A DNA stretch of 64,000 bases. Source: an uncultured Chloroflexia bacterium (lineage in GTDB: Bacteria; Chloroflexota; Anaerolineae; CG2-30-64-16). The position numbers and the translations under genes were made by a program. Below are positions 9,601 to 19,500 of the stretch, piece by piece. Numbering within the stretch: the stretch's first letter is position 1; each line of letters begins with the position of its first letter. The stretch lies in assembly GCA_963810095.1 (NCBI GenBank), contig CAWEMM010000014.1, positions 192,001 to 256,000 on the forward strand. Direction: 5' to 3'. The notes beneath the pieces are model-generated. The model was not told the DNA's origin, did not search any database, and saw only the letters and a program-made list of their open reading frames with translations.

Positions 9601-12600
9601 GACCAGCGTGCTATCAGGAAGCCCCGCCCGCAGCGCCTCGGCCACTGCATTCGTCCCGTCATCCAGCGGGCCGTAGCCGGTGACGAGCGCAGAAGTCGGG
9701 TGCAGCACGCCGTCGTCGTCGGTCGTATCGGGGTTATTGCGTCAGACCTACGTATGCGTCGAGCAGCGCGTTGACGTCGTCGGCCGTTTCGACCAGGCGG
9801 CCGACCGGCAGATCAGGGATGGGCAGCAGCCCGTCGGACTGCATGATCTCCGTGCTCGCCCCGTAGGTGTCCTGCGTCAGCAGGTAGCCCAGGGCCATGC
9901 TGGCGCGGGACGCCGAGTCCGGGGCGGAGGGCGGCGCGTAGTCGCTCTCCTTCGACAGCGGCGAGGGGTCGGGGTAGCGGAAGAAGGGGAAGAGCGCGTC
10001 GTTGCCGACGAGGACGACGTAGTCAAAGTCGTCTCGGGCTCGTGACTGCACTCGTGCCCGGTCGATCACGTTCTTGATCACATAGGCAAGCTGGTTCTGC
10101 GCGTACGGGCACGCCTTGTTTTCGGTCGCTTCCTGGCGGGCGGCCGCAATCTGCGGGTCTGCTCCGCCACGATGTCGACGATCACGCCTGACACCTCGGG
10201 CCGCCGCTGCCAGCGCGTCGAGCTTGCCGGGCAGAGAGCATCTCTTGCGTCCGTCGATCCCTCTATCCGCGGCCAGGTCGGTCAGGATGAGCGTCTTGAA
10301 CCTGCGTTCCCTGTGCCGCGCCTACGGGCACGTCGGGCAGGCTCAGTGTCGTTTGAGGAGTCACTGGGTCGACGTTCGCGCACACGCCGGTCAGCCGGGT
10401 GACAGAGAGGTGGAACGGCCTGGTGCGGACCGCGACGCCATTCCGCCCGCGCACCCGCACGTAGAACGTTCCCGTGCTCAGCCAGGTATTCCGCGTGATG
10501 CTCTCGGCCGCTAGGCCGTCGCGTGCGGAGACGCCCATCAGCGAGCGAAGCTGCGCGCTCGAGTAGGCGTTGGCCCAGGCGTCGGGATTGCTCCAGGCAT
10601 CGGGGTTCGCCCAGGCGTCGGGATTTGCCCAGGCGTCCGGGTTGCTCCATGCATCCGGATTGGCCCACGCATCCGGGTTGGCCCATGCGTCCGGGTTGGC
10701 CCATGCGTCCGGGTTGGCCCAGGCGTCGGGGTTGCTCCATGCATCGGGATTCGAGCCCAGGCATCGGGATTCGCCCAGGCATCGGGGTTAGCCCAGGCAT
10801 CGGGATTCGCCCAGGCATCCGGGTTGGCCCACGCGTCGGGGTTGGCCCAGGCGTCCGGGTTGCTCCACGCATCGGGGTTCGCCCACGCATCGGGATTGGC
10901 CCACGCATCCGGGTTGGCCCATGCGTCCGGCTGCGTCTCGGCGGCGAGCTTAACCAGGTCGTCCGGCGCGGTGAGCGCCTTGAACAGCCCGCCGATGTCC
11001 TGGTACAGCGTCATGTCGTAATCAGCGGGGAGGTTTGCCAGGTCGACGATCAGCTGCTCGCCCGCACCGGCCTGGAATTTGTACCAGCGCGATTGACCCG
11101 GCCGGGTCAGGTAACCGTCTTTGCTCGTCGTCAGGACCGGCTCGGTTCCGGTCCAGGCAAGCGCGTCCGCCGTGGTCCAGCCGGTATTAACCCCTTGCAC
11201 CGGGCGTGCAGGCTGGAGAACTCGGACGTGCCCTCCGCGCCGGTGGCGGTTACTGCCAGGAAGGGCTGGCCGGCGGGCATCGCGGCCACGTCGACCAGGT
11301 CGAAGACGGCCTGCCCGTTAGAATCGGTGATGCCTGTCAGCGACCTAAGATGCGTCTGGGCCTCGCCAAACCCTGTCGCCCCGCACGTTGCACTGCTGAA
11401 GAAGTCCAGCATGTAGGACGTTGCCGGCTTGCTCTCGAAGAGACCCTGGACACGCGTCTGGCCGTTGAATGGGAAGGCGTTGAGCAGAATGGGCTGATTC
11501 TGCAGGCCGTTTGCGCCGCCGTCCGCGTCGGCATCCCCGACATCGTTCGCCGTCGGCCCGTCGCTGCCTAGGTCGATCGCCAGCCCACCGTTACCGTAGA
11601 TGCGGTTGTTCTGCAGCTTGTTGCCCGTGCCACTGAGGACAGCGATGCCTGCGCCGGTGAAGCTGCGCACCTCGAGATTGGAGACCTGCACTGCGCCCGT
11701 CGCGAGCGTCAGACCGTTGGTTCCGCCAGCCGCGATTGCGCTGCCATCGAGGACCGCCGTGTTGCCGCCGTCGATCGTCACCTTGGACCTGATGGTCGGG
11801 AGGGCGCTCGCGGGTCGGATGGCCCCGAGTCCGGCCCCGAAAACGATGGTGACGTTCCCCGGACGAGGCGTTCGGCCTCCTGGATCGCGGCACGTAGGGT
11901 GCAACCATCATGGGCAGAGGCGCAGGTGCCATTGCCGATGTTCTTGTCGACGCTGTCGGCCGGTGCTGTTGACGGTGAAGATTTGAGGGTGGCGCCGCGA
12001 GTACTCGTACGTGCCGATGTCGGGAACGAGCCTTGCTCACGAGGGAAGCCTGCGCCGCGCTGGTCAGTGCTCGGCGTGCCGGAGTAGCCGCTTGTAACCG
12101 CGTCGATAGCCGGGCTGCCAAGCTGCAGTGCGTACAGCTCGGTCGGACCGCCGTATGTGCCCGCGCGTACCGAACAGGGGATCAGGCGGCGAAATGCTGT
12201 GCCGGCGCTGCGGTATGTGCCAGAACTGCAGATTGTTGTTGAGCCCGCGCGGAGCGGGCGCGGTGCAGTTTCCGCCCGAGTTGTTGGCAATGATCGTGTT
12301 CGTGGCCGAGACATCCGTGTCGACGATAATACCCCGACCGCTGTTGTTCGCAATCGTGGAGAAATTGATCGAGAACTGACTGGTACCGGTTGGCACGATG
12401 GCGTCGCCCGTGTTACCTGCGATCGTGCTGTTCTCAATTACAACTGGCGAGCCTAGATTGACCGCCTCGATCCCAGCCCCGCTGCTGGAGGCGCTGTTGT
12501 CGAGGATTGCGCTACGGATGATTTGTGGTCCGGGTGAGCCGTCCGCGACGAATGCCGGCGCCAACTTTTGCGCTGTTGGACTGAACGGTGGTCTCGGTCA

Positions 12601-13392
12601 GCGTCGGCGCGGCTCCCGCCACGCGGAGACCTCCGCCTTCATCACCCCACGCAAATCCGAGTGTGTGGTTATTGACGATCCGGGTGTTGCTGATGTTGAC
12701 CGCCGGGGCATGCGCACCCGTCTCCTCTAAGTTCCGCCCGGCGCCGGAAGCCGCCTGGTTCGCTTCGAAGACAGAGTTTGTGAGGGTCAGTCGGCGGGAG
12801 CAGCGATACACGCCACCCCATACGTCTGCGTTGTTCATTTGCGACACGTACGTGGTCGAGGGTGAAGTGCTGGACTACGGCGCCCGGATGCCGCCGCCAC
12901 CGAAGCTACTCGGCATTTAGCCGTTGCAATCGTGACTCCTGAGATGCGTGACAATGGCGTGCCCCGGCGATGTTTTATGACAAGGACTTCAGTGTCAGAG
13001 CCTGTGAGGAAGTCGCACCGGGCCGGCTCCGGTAATCGTACAACGGCTGTGAATGTGGAAAGCGCCTGTCAGGTTGTCGTCTCCGTCTGGACCGGCATTT
13101 GCAAAGGTCCCGCGCCGGCACATTGATGGTGTCGGCGCCGGCAGCCGCGTTCGCCTCGCATGATCGCAGCGCGCAGGCTGCACTGACGTTCAGATTGTCG
13201 CACACTGCCGTACCAGGGTTGGGATCAGGGATATCAGACGGTCGAATTGACGACAAAATCGGCCGCGTGAACCGGCGGCGGCGCGGCGAGGGGTGGCAGG
13301 AGCAGCGCAAGCAGCACGATTAGGGTCAGCAGCGCGCGCGTGCGGGCGTTGGCGCGGTCGCGGTTGGGGAGAGTCGATTCCAGGACTTTCAT
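6694..13392 (-). CDS. Giant (~2200 aa) secreted multidomain protein, split by many frameshifts: signal peptide, CSLREA x2, beta-helix/choice-of-anchor Q, PPC-like domain with NPDAW repeats, peptidase C25-like domain, Ig-like and PKD domains
   Basis: AAGGAG RBS then MKVLES...LLTLIVLLALLLPPLAAPPPVHA|ADFVVNST; second CSLREA-type motif CTLRAAIQEA near 11890; GSPAIDA...DQRG; YVVLVGND, PDLPVGRLVET, IYLAGHF, YSIGCHSG; WTWGDG...HTYTTPGVYTVGLTVTD; about twelve collinear minus-strand ORF fragments. Confidence 0.8.
10570..10931 (-). repeat. Coding 18-bp tandem repeat, 20 units encoding NPDAW(A/S)
   Basis: 20 Trp codons counted at 18-bp spacing; heavy synonymous variation; one 2-nt insertion near 10753 shifts the frame after unit 10. 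Confidence 0.95.
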
Positions 13393-13445
13393 TGGATCCA
13401 CTCCTTCGTGACAGGTGGCGGTGTAAGTTGTTCTGGCTTGGTGGA

Positions 13446-13803
13446 CTACCGTTCTGCCTCTTCAAGGGAAATAGGCCCGTGGGGCTCAATCAGTCGCACC
13501 AGGTCATGGGTGCACAGCTCGTGCAGCCGCCGGCCCGACCAGACGGATGCGACATTCTGATCAGAGTCGATGGCAATCAGTTCCACGTTGGGGCACATGC
13601 GGAGCAGGGCCAGGGTTAAGTCGGGGCAGTCCGCTGCAGCGTCGAACAGGATCGCGGCGGGGCGCCAGCGCGGTCAGTTCCTCCGCGGTCGCGCCGGTTG
13701 GCACGTCGACGAGCTCGAAATGTGGCTGGAGACGCAGGCTGGCTTCGATCGCGCCAAGCACGATCGACCGCCCGTATATCACGACCCGGCAGCGCTCATC
13801 CAT
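13446..13803 (-). CDS. Small degenerate receiver-like protein (~118 aa, one frameshift near 13660), paralog of 44373-44723
   Basis: MDERCRVVIYGRSIVLGAIEASL...LAP then AILFDAAADCPDLTLALLRMCPNVELIAIDSDQNVASVWSGRRLHELCTHDLVRLI; GAGG RBS; aligns end to end with the 44373 ORF. Confidence 0.75.
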
Positions 13804-13850
13804 GCGAATGACCTCATGTTCTGAATATCACAAACTTTGCATGGTGGCAA

Positions 13851-13912
13851 TGTCTCTGGAGACAAAAAAGAAGGACAGTCTCGTGCGGCGAGAGACTGTC
13901 CCTTGGGCCAGT
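13851..13912. promoter_or_regulatory. Candidate response-regulator boxes (TGTCYC-N2-GRG(A/C)CA inverted repeats)
   Basis: TGTCTC-tg-GAGACA at 13851-13864 and ACTGTCCC-tt-GGGCCAGT at 13895-13912; ACTGTCCCTT also occurs at 44224-44233. Confidence 0.5.
13864..13901 (-). terminator. Possible intrinsic terminator after the response regulator
   Basis: Minus strand GGACAGTCTC-9nt-GAGACTGTCC followed by TTCTTTTTT. Confidence 0.55.
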
Positions 13913-13963
13913 GTGAGGATAAGCGAGAGGGGTACTTTCGTGCTGGCTCGGTGCGGCGCTGCT

Positions 13964-14641
13964 TTACCGGCCCAATCCCATCCGGCCGGCGTAAGCCAGC
14001 ACCTGCGCACGGTTCTCCAGGTGCAGGGCGGCCATGATCTCGCCCATGTGGTACTTGATGGTGCGGGGCGCCAGCCCCAGCCGCGCGCCCACTTCGCCGT
14101 ACGACAGCCCTTCGGCCACGAGCGCCAGCACTTCGCGCTGGCGGTCGGTGAGGCTGGGCGCGGTCAAGCCGGCGGACGATGCGGGAGCCCCGTCATGGGT
14201 TGGCGCCGCGGTGGGTGGGGTGGCTGCCATCCGCCCGAACTCATCGAGGAGCCTGGCGGCGAGGCCGGGCGAGAAGGGCGGGAGCCCCAGCCGGGCCTGC
14301 TCGAGCGCGTCCACCAGGTCTGCCGCGTCCATGCTCTTGAGCAGGTAGCCGCACGCGCCGCTCTTGATCGCCTCGAACAGGTCCTCGTCTTCGGTCGACG
14401 TCGTGAGAATGACGATGCGGGCGTCGGGCCAGGCCGCCTTGATGAGCCGGGTCGCGGCGAGGCCGTCGCAGTCGGGCATGCGAATGTCCATCAGGATCAC
14501 GTCGGGCCGCAGGCGCAGCGCGGCCGCGGCGGCCTGCCGGCCGTCCGTGGCCGCACCGGCAATTTCGATTCCGTGCGCCTCCAGCAGGTTCGCCAGCCCT
14601 TCCAGCAGGAGCCGGTGGTCGTCGGCCAGCAGCACTCTCAT
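13964..14641 (-). CDS. NarL/FixJ (LuxR-HTH) response regulator
   Basis: MRVLLADDH, PDVILMDIRMP, GYLLK, LTDRQREVLALVAEGLSYGEVG..RTIKYHM. Confidence 0.95.
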   Translation of the reverse strand: MRVLLADDHRLLLEGLANLLEAHGIEIAGAATDGRQAAAAALRLRPDVILMDIRMPDCDGLAATRLIKAAWPDARIVILTTSTEDEDLFEAIKSGACGYLLKSMDAADLVDALEQARLGLPPFSPGLAARLLDEFGRMAATPPTAAPTHDGAPASSAGLTAPSLTDRQREVLALVAEGLSYGEVGARLGLAPRTIKYHMGEIMAALHLENRAQVLAYAGRMGLGR

Positions 14642-14665
14642 GGTCGCCCCCTGTTGCCTGCGCAA

Positions 14666-16378
14666 TTACGCCCCGCGCACCGGCGCACGAAGCACAACCC
14701 GGGTTCCCGCCCCCGGCTGCGAGTCGACGGCCAGGCGCCCCCCAATCTCGGCCATGCGCTCGACCATGAACCCCAGCCCGTAGTGCCCGTCTCGGCCTGC
14801 CGTGCCCGGTGGGGGATCGAAGCCCACGCCGTCGTCGCTGATCGAGATCACGTTTTCGCCGTCGACCTGCGCCACGCTCACCGTCACGCAAGCGGCATGG
14901 CTGTGCTTGTGCGCATTGGTCAGCGCCTCTTGCACCACCCGGAACAACTGAACGCTGGACGCGGGCGAGATGGCGCCTGCGTCCAGCCCCGGTTGGATGT
15001 CGAGACGCGTCGCCATCTGCGAGTATTGCCCATAGGTGACGAGGTATTGTTGGAGCGCGGACAAGAATGACCACTGCTCAGTCGGCGTGCCTTTGAGAAT
15101 GAGGATGGACTCGCGAACATCCGCATTCGCCTGCTGCGCGGCTTGGGCGAGCCGTCGCAGCTGCGCCTCTGCCGTGCTCAGGTCGCCGTCCTGCACGTGC
15201 TTGGCAATGGCTTGGGCCTGGAGGCTGACAAAGGCCAGCGTCTGCCCCGTGCTGTCGTGCAGCTCGCGCGCCAACTGCTCCCGTTCGCGCAGCACGGCCA
15301 GCGCCCGCTCCTGCTCGAGGATGCGGGCCTGTGCCCGCTTCTGCTGCGTCGTCTCGCGCAGCGTCAACAGGTGACCGACGAGCAGCCCGCGAAAATCGCG
15401 CAGCACGGTGAGTGCGGGCTCGTAATAGCGCACGTTGGCGCCGGTCCCGAAGACCATTTCCGGGAGCTCGAACTCCGCGTCGCCCGACCCAAGGTTCGGA
15501 TGCGGCAGCGGCGGCAGGCGTTCGGGGTCGGACATTTGCTCCCATGTTTTGCCGCGGGCGAGGTCGAAGGGGATGCCAAGGATCTGCTCGGCCGCGGGGT
15601 TGAGACCGGCGATCTGCCAGCGCGGGTCGAACACGATCATCCCGGCGCGCATCTGCTCGATGACGGTGGCACGCGCCACGGGCAGCGGATCGAAGATGCG
15701 GAACCCGAAGAGCGCGATAGTATACGCAACCAAGGCAACGGCCGGCCCCACCAGGCGAAAGTCGAACCAAACCGGCAGCGGCGTGCGGAAGTAGTCGAGC
15801 ATATAAGCGCTGCGGCTCACGATTCCGGCGACCAGCATCAGCGCCGCGGGCCACCGGTGGCGGGGCGAGCGAACGAAGAGCCAGACGAGCGCCGTCACCT
15901 GGATCCCAAGCAGGATCAACATGTAGCCCACGATGAAGCGACCGGCAGGAGCGAGGTAGGGCGTCACTTGGCCGCCTGCCTCCACCTCCAACGAGTACCA
16001 GACAAATCCCCGGTTGTCTATGGCCGTGAGCAGCAGATCCAGCAGTGGCACAAGCAGCGGCGCCGCGAGGAGCGCGACGTTGCGACGGCTCAACCAACGG
16101 CCCGGGTAGGTGTACTCGAGGACGAAGCACACGGCGGCGAGCAGCGCGAAAGACGGCCAAATAGACTGGAAGCGGTACCCGGTCACCTTAGCGGCGGGTT
16201 CGACGGCGAGCGTTTCGAGGATGATGCCGGCCATCCAAAAGGCCACGAACAGGCACGCCGCCGCCAGTTGCCGCGCACCGGGCATATCCCGGCGTCGCCA
16301 GCTCTGCAGGCCGACGGCCGCGGCGAGGAGGGCGACCGCCAGGGGCGGCCAGATGGCTGGGGTGAAGGAGTAGCTCAT
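14666..16378 (-). CDS. Sensor histidine kinase: N-terminal 7TM region, PAS, HisKA_3, HATPase
   Basis: About seven hydrophobic segments; MRAGMIVFD..IAGLNPAAE; EREQLARELHDSTGQ; QEALTNAHKHS; DDGVGF; GHYGLGFM. Confidence 0.95.
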   Translation of the reverse strand: MSYSFTPAIWPPLAVALLAAAVGLQSWRRRDMPGARQLAAACLFVAFWMAGIILETLAVEPAAKVTGYRFQSIWPSFALLAAVCFVLEYTYPGRWLSRRNVALLAAPLLVPLLDLLLTAIDNRGFVWYSLEVEAGGQVTPYLAPAGRFIVGYMLILLGIQVTALVWLFVRSPRHRWPAALMLVAGIVSRSAYMLDYFRTPLPVWFDFRLVGPAVALVAYTIALFGFRIFDPLPVARATVIEQMRAGMIVFDPRWQIAGLNPAAEQILGIPFDLARGKTWEQMSDPERLPPLPHPNLGSGDAEFELPEMVFGTGANVRYYEPALTVLRDFRGLLVGHLLTLRETTQQKRAQARILEQERALAVLREREQLARELHDSTGQTLAFVSLQAQAIAKHVQDGDLSTAEAQLRRLAQAAQQANADVRESILILKGTPTEQWSFLSALQQYLVTYGQYSQMATRLDIQPGLDAGAISPASSVQLFRVVQEALTNAHKHSHAACVTVSVAQVDGENVISISDDGVGFDPPPGTAGRDGHYGLGFMVERMAEIGGRLAVDSQPGAGTRVVLRAPVRGA

Positions 16379-16420
16379 GGGGCTACCATCTCGCATGCGA
16401 AGCGGGTTGAGAACTCCAGG

Positions 16421-16429
16421 ATTATAGCA
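16421..16429 (-). promoter_or_regulatory. Extended -10 promoter element for the kinase-regulator operon
   Basis: Minus strand TGCTATAAT about 40 bp upstream of ATG 16378. Confidence 0.6.
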
Positions 16430-16496
16430 CATTGCGTTGGCAACACCGGGCGCACACATGCTCGCATGCGGGCCCGAACGACATCGTTATGATGTC

Positions 16497-16525
16497 TTGA
16501 CAGACCGCGCTCTTAGTGCCATGAT
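16497..16525 (+). promoter_or_regulatory. Sigma70-type promoter for the translocase-HEAT-cNMP operon
   Basis: TTGACA (16497-16502), 17-bp spacer, TG-c-CATGAT. Confidence 0.65.
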
Positions 16526-16580
16526 TGGGGCGTGCCAGCACGGCCCACGTTGCTGCCTTCGCTGCCAGGAGGTGCTCCTC

Positions 16581-19500
16581 ATGGGTCTCTCTCTAGTTCC
16601 ACGCCCCGCTCCTCCAACGCCCCATCCCACGCCGTCTCCGCTCGACGTGCTTCTTGGCTTGCAGCCCGGCGATGGCCGGCGCACCTGGTCGCTGACCGGG
16701 CTCCATTTCGCGCTCGGTGCGGTGATTGTCTTCATGCAGGCCCCGGCCTTTGGCCTGTTCGTGTCCGAGTTTGGCTCCCAGCGTCTCCCCTTTGCGTATA
16801 TCGCCATCGCCGTGCTGGTCAGCGCGCTCAACCTGGCCTACCTGCGCCTGAGCAACCGGTTCCCGTTCGTGCCCCTCTCGTTCGGCGTGCTCGGGTTCCT
16901 GGCGGCCGCGTGCGTCGCGCTCTGGCTGGGCCTGCTGACGCCGCTGCGGCCGGCCGTGATCTTTATCCTGCCCGTTGGTTTCCAGCTAACCATCAACGTC
17001 ACCGTCCTCGTCCTCTGGCCGCTCGCGGGCCGCGGATTCAACTTGCGGGAGGCTAAGCGGACCTTCGGCGTTATCTCCGGCGGCAACTGGACGGCCAGCC
17101 TGCTCGTGGGCCTGATCCTCGGGCCGCTGATCGCGCTCATCGGGACCCAGAACCTGCTGCTCTGTGCTGCAGCCAGCGCGTTGGCGGCCCTGCTCCTCCT
17201 TGGACCCGTCGCGCGCATCGCGGGCGTGTGGAAGCCCGGCCCAACGACCGCCGGCAGCGCTCCGAAGCAGCCCCGGGCGGCAGTCAACCCTGTCCCGGTG
17301 CGGACGCTCCTTTCCGGCCCAATGATCCGGCCGCTTCTGCTCTACGTGGTTCTGCTCTGGATCATCTACTATTTCGTCGATAACATCCTGTGGGCCACTG
17401 CGGGCCAGCGTTTCGCAGACGCGGCCCAACTCGGCGCGTTCACCGGCCGGGTCGTGACCTTCTATGGCATCCTGGCCGCCGTGATGAGCCTTTTTTTGGC
17501 CGGGCGTATCCTGGGCCGCTACGGCGTCCGGAACGCGCTGCTCCTGCTGCCGGTGCTGCTGACCCTCGACATGGCCCTCCTCGCAGTGGTTGGGACGCTG
17601 CAACCATCCTCCGCGCTCGTCTTTGCCTTTGCCACCATTGGGAAAGTGCTCATGATCGGCCTGGGATTCTCCCTTTCATCGACGGCGTTTACATTCTTGT
17701 ACCAGCCCCTCCCACCTGCCATCCGGGGCAGGACGCAAGCCCTCGCCGAGGGGGTCCTGCAGTCCCTGGCCATTGGCCTCGGCGGCGTGCTCCTGCTGCT
17801 CTTCACGTCGGTGCTGCACTTCGGCGCGGTGGGCTTAGCTTGGTTGGTCATCCCTATCAGCCTCGTCTGGATCGCCTCCATCCTGGTGATCGGCCGGCAG
17901 TATCCGCGGGCCGTCGTCGCGGCTCTCGACCGGCGCCGGTTGGGCGAGGGGCCCGGCCTCACGCTGGATCGCGATACGCTCGCGCTCCTCCGCCCGCGGC
18001 TCGCCGACCCTGCGCCGGCCGTGGTGCTCTATGTTTTGCACACGCTCGAGCGCGAGGATGGGAACTGGAGCTTGACCCTCGAGAGCGGCCTGCCCCAGAT
18101 GCTCGCCCACCCCCTGCCAGAGGTGCGCGAGGCCGCGCTGCACGCGGTGTCTCGCTTGGCCGTGTCGAAGTCTGCCGGGGGGAATACCGGCGTGGAGGCG
18201 GGCGCGTCAGGCAACGACGGCGCGCACGCGCAGGTCGTCGGAATCGTCACCGAGCACTTGAAGCGCGAGTCGAGCCCGATGGTCTGCTCGGCGGGGGTCG
18301 AGGCGATCGCGGCGCTGCGCGGCGCAGAAGCCGGCCCCTTCCTCGAGAGGATGCTCGGCGGCGACCCGCCGACCGAACGGGCCGTCCTGGTCGCATTACT
18401 GCGCTTACCGGGCGGGTCGGCTGCGGCCGAAGCGCGATTGGCAGAACTTGCCGGCTCGGCGCTTCCCGACGACCGCGCGCGCGCTGCAGCCACCTGCGAA
18501 GCCACACGACGTGCGGCGGACCGGGCGCTCCTGGCGGGGCTGCTGGCCGACGAAGTAGTTTCCGTGCGCCGGGCAGCGCTGGCCGCGGCCGCACAGCACC
18601 CCGGTGCCGACCTGTGGGAAGGGGTGATTGCGGCCTGTTGCGAGCCGGAAACCGCGGCTGCCGCGCAGGCCGCGCTGGTGGCGGCCGGCGAGAGGGCCGT
18701 GCCGGCCATCGGCGCCGCCCTGACGGCCGGAGAAGAGAGCGAGGGAGACGCCGAGCGCCGCCAGCGGATTGCCTTGACCGAGGCTTGCGCGCGTATCCGC
18801 GGTGCATCTGTCGTCCCGATGTTGGAGAGCCAGGCTGACGCGCTCGACGTCGACGTGCGCGGCGCCGCATTGCGGGGTCTTGCCGGGTGCGGCGTGCGCG
18901 CCGAGCGGGGCGGGCAACTGCGCCTCGACCGGGAGGTCAGCCTTGCGGGTCTGCTCGCCGCGGCCTTAGCCGGCATAGCGGCCGGCTCCTCTGCCGGCGG
19001 CGGCGCCGCAAGTCTCTGCACGTCCGCCCTCGGCCGTGAGCTTTCGAATGTGCGCGAGCGTCTGCTGCTGCTCCTCTCCCTTCAGTTCGACGCCGCGTCG
19101 CTGCTGTCGGCTCGCGACACGCTGGCCGACGCCGACGATGCCCGTCGAGCATACGCGCTGGAGGCGGTCGAGCTGCAGCTTCCCGCAGCCATGCGGGCGC
19201 GCATCATGCCCCTGGTGGAGCTGCCGCCGCCGGCCGAGCTGGCCGCACGGCTCCGTTCTGCCGGCATGGAAGTTCCGGACTGGACCGAGGCCTCGGCGCT
19301 TGCGGCGGTCGTCGGCAAACCTTTGGAGCTGGAAACGCCCGCCGCGCCGGGTTTCGCCGGCCTGCCGCCTTTGACACAGGCGGCAGCCATCCACCACGCC
19401 GCGGTATACTGCCCACAGGCGCTTACCCGGCTTATCCAGCTCGGAGCCCTTTCCCCCTACAGCCTCGTCAGAGAGACTGCGGCTTGGGCCGCGTGCCTCG

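Noticed and set aside
10570-10931. Possible CRISPR array or phase-variable DNA repeat
   Set aside because: There are no unique spacers and no cas genes. Units are 18 bp and vary mainly at synonymous positions, so this is a protein-coding repeat.
13547-15070. Long antisense ORFs here and elsewhere (e.g. 4392-5699, 22863-24509, 35082-36647, 40986-42494)
   Set aside because: Shadow frames expected opposite high-GC3 genes; no motifs or RBS.
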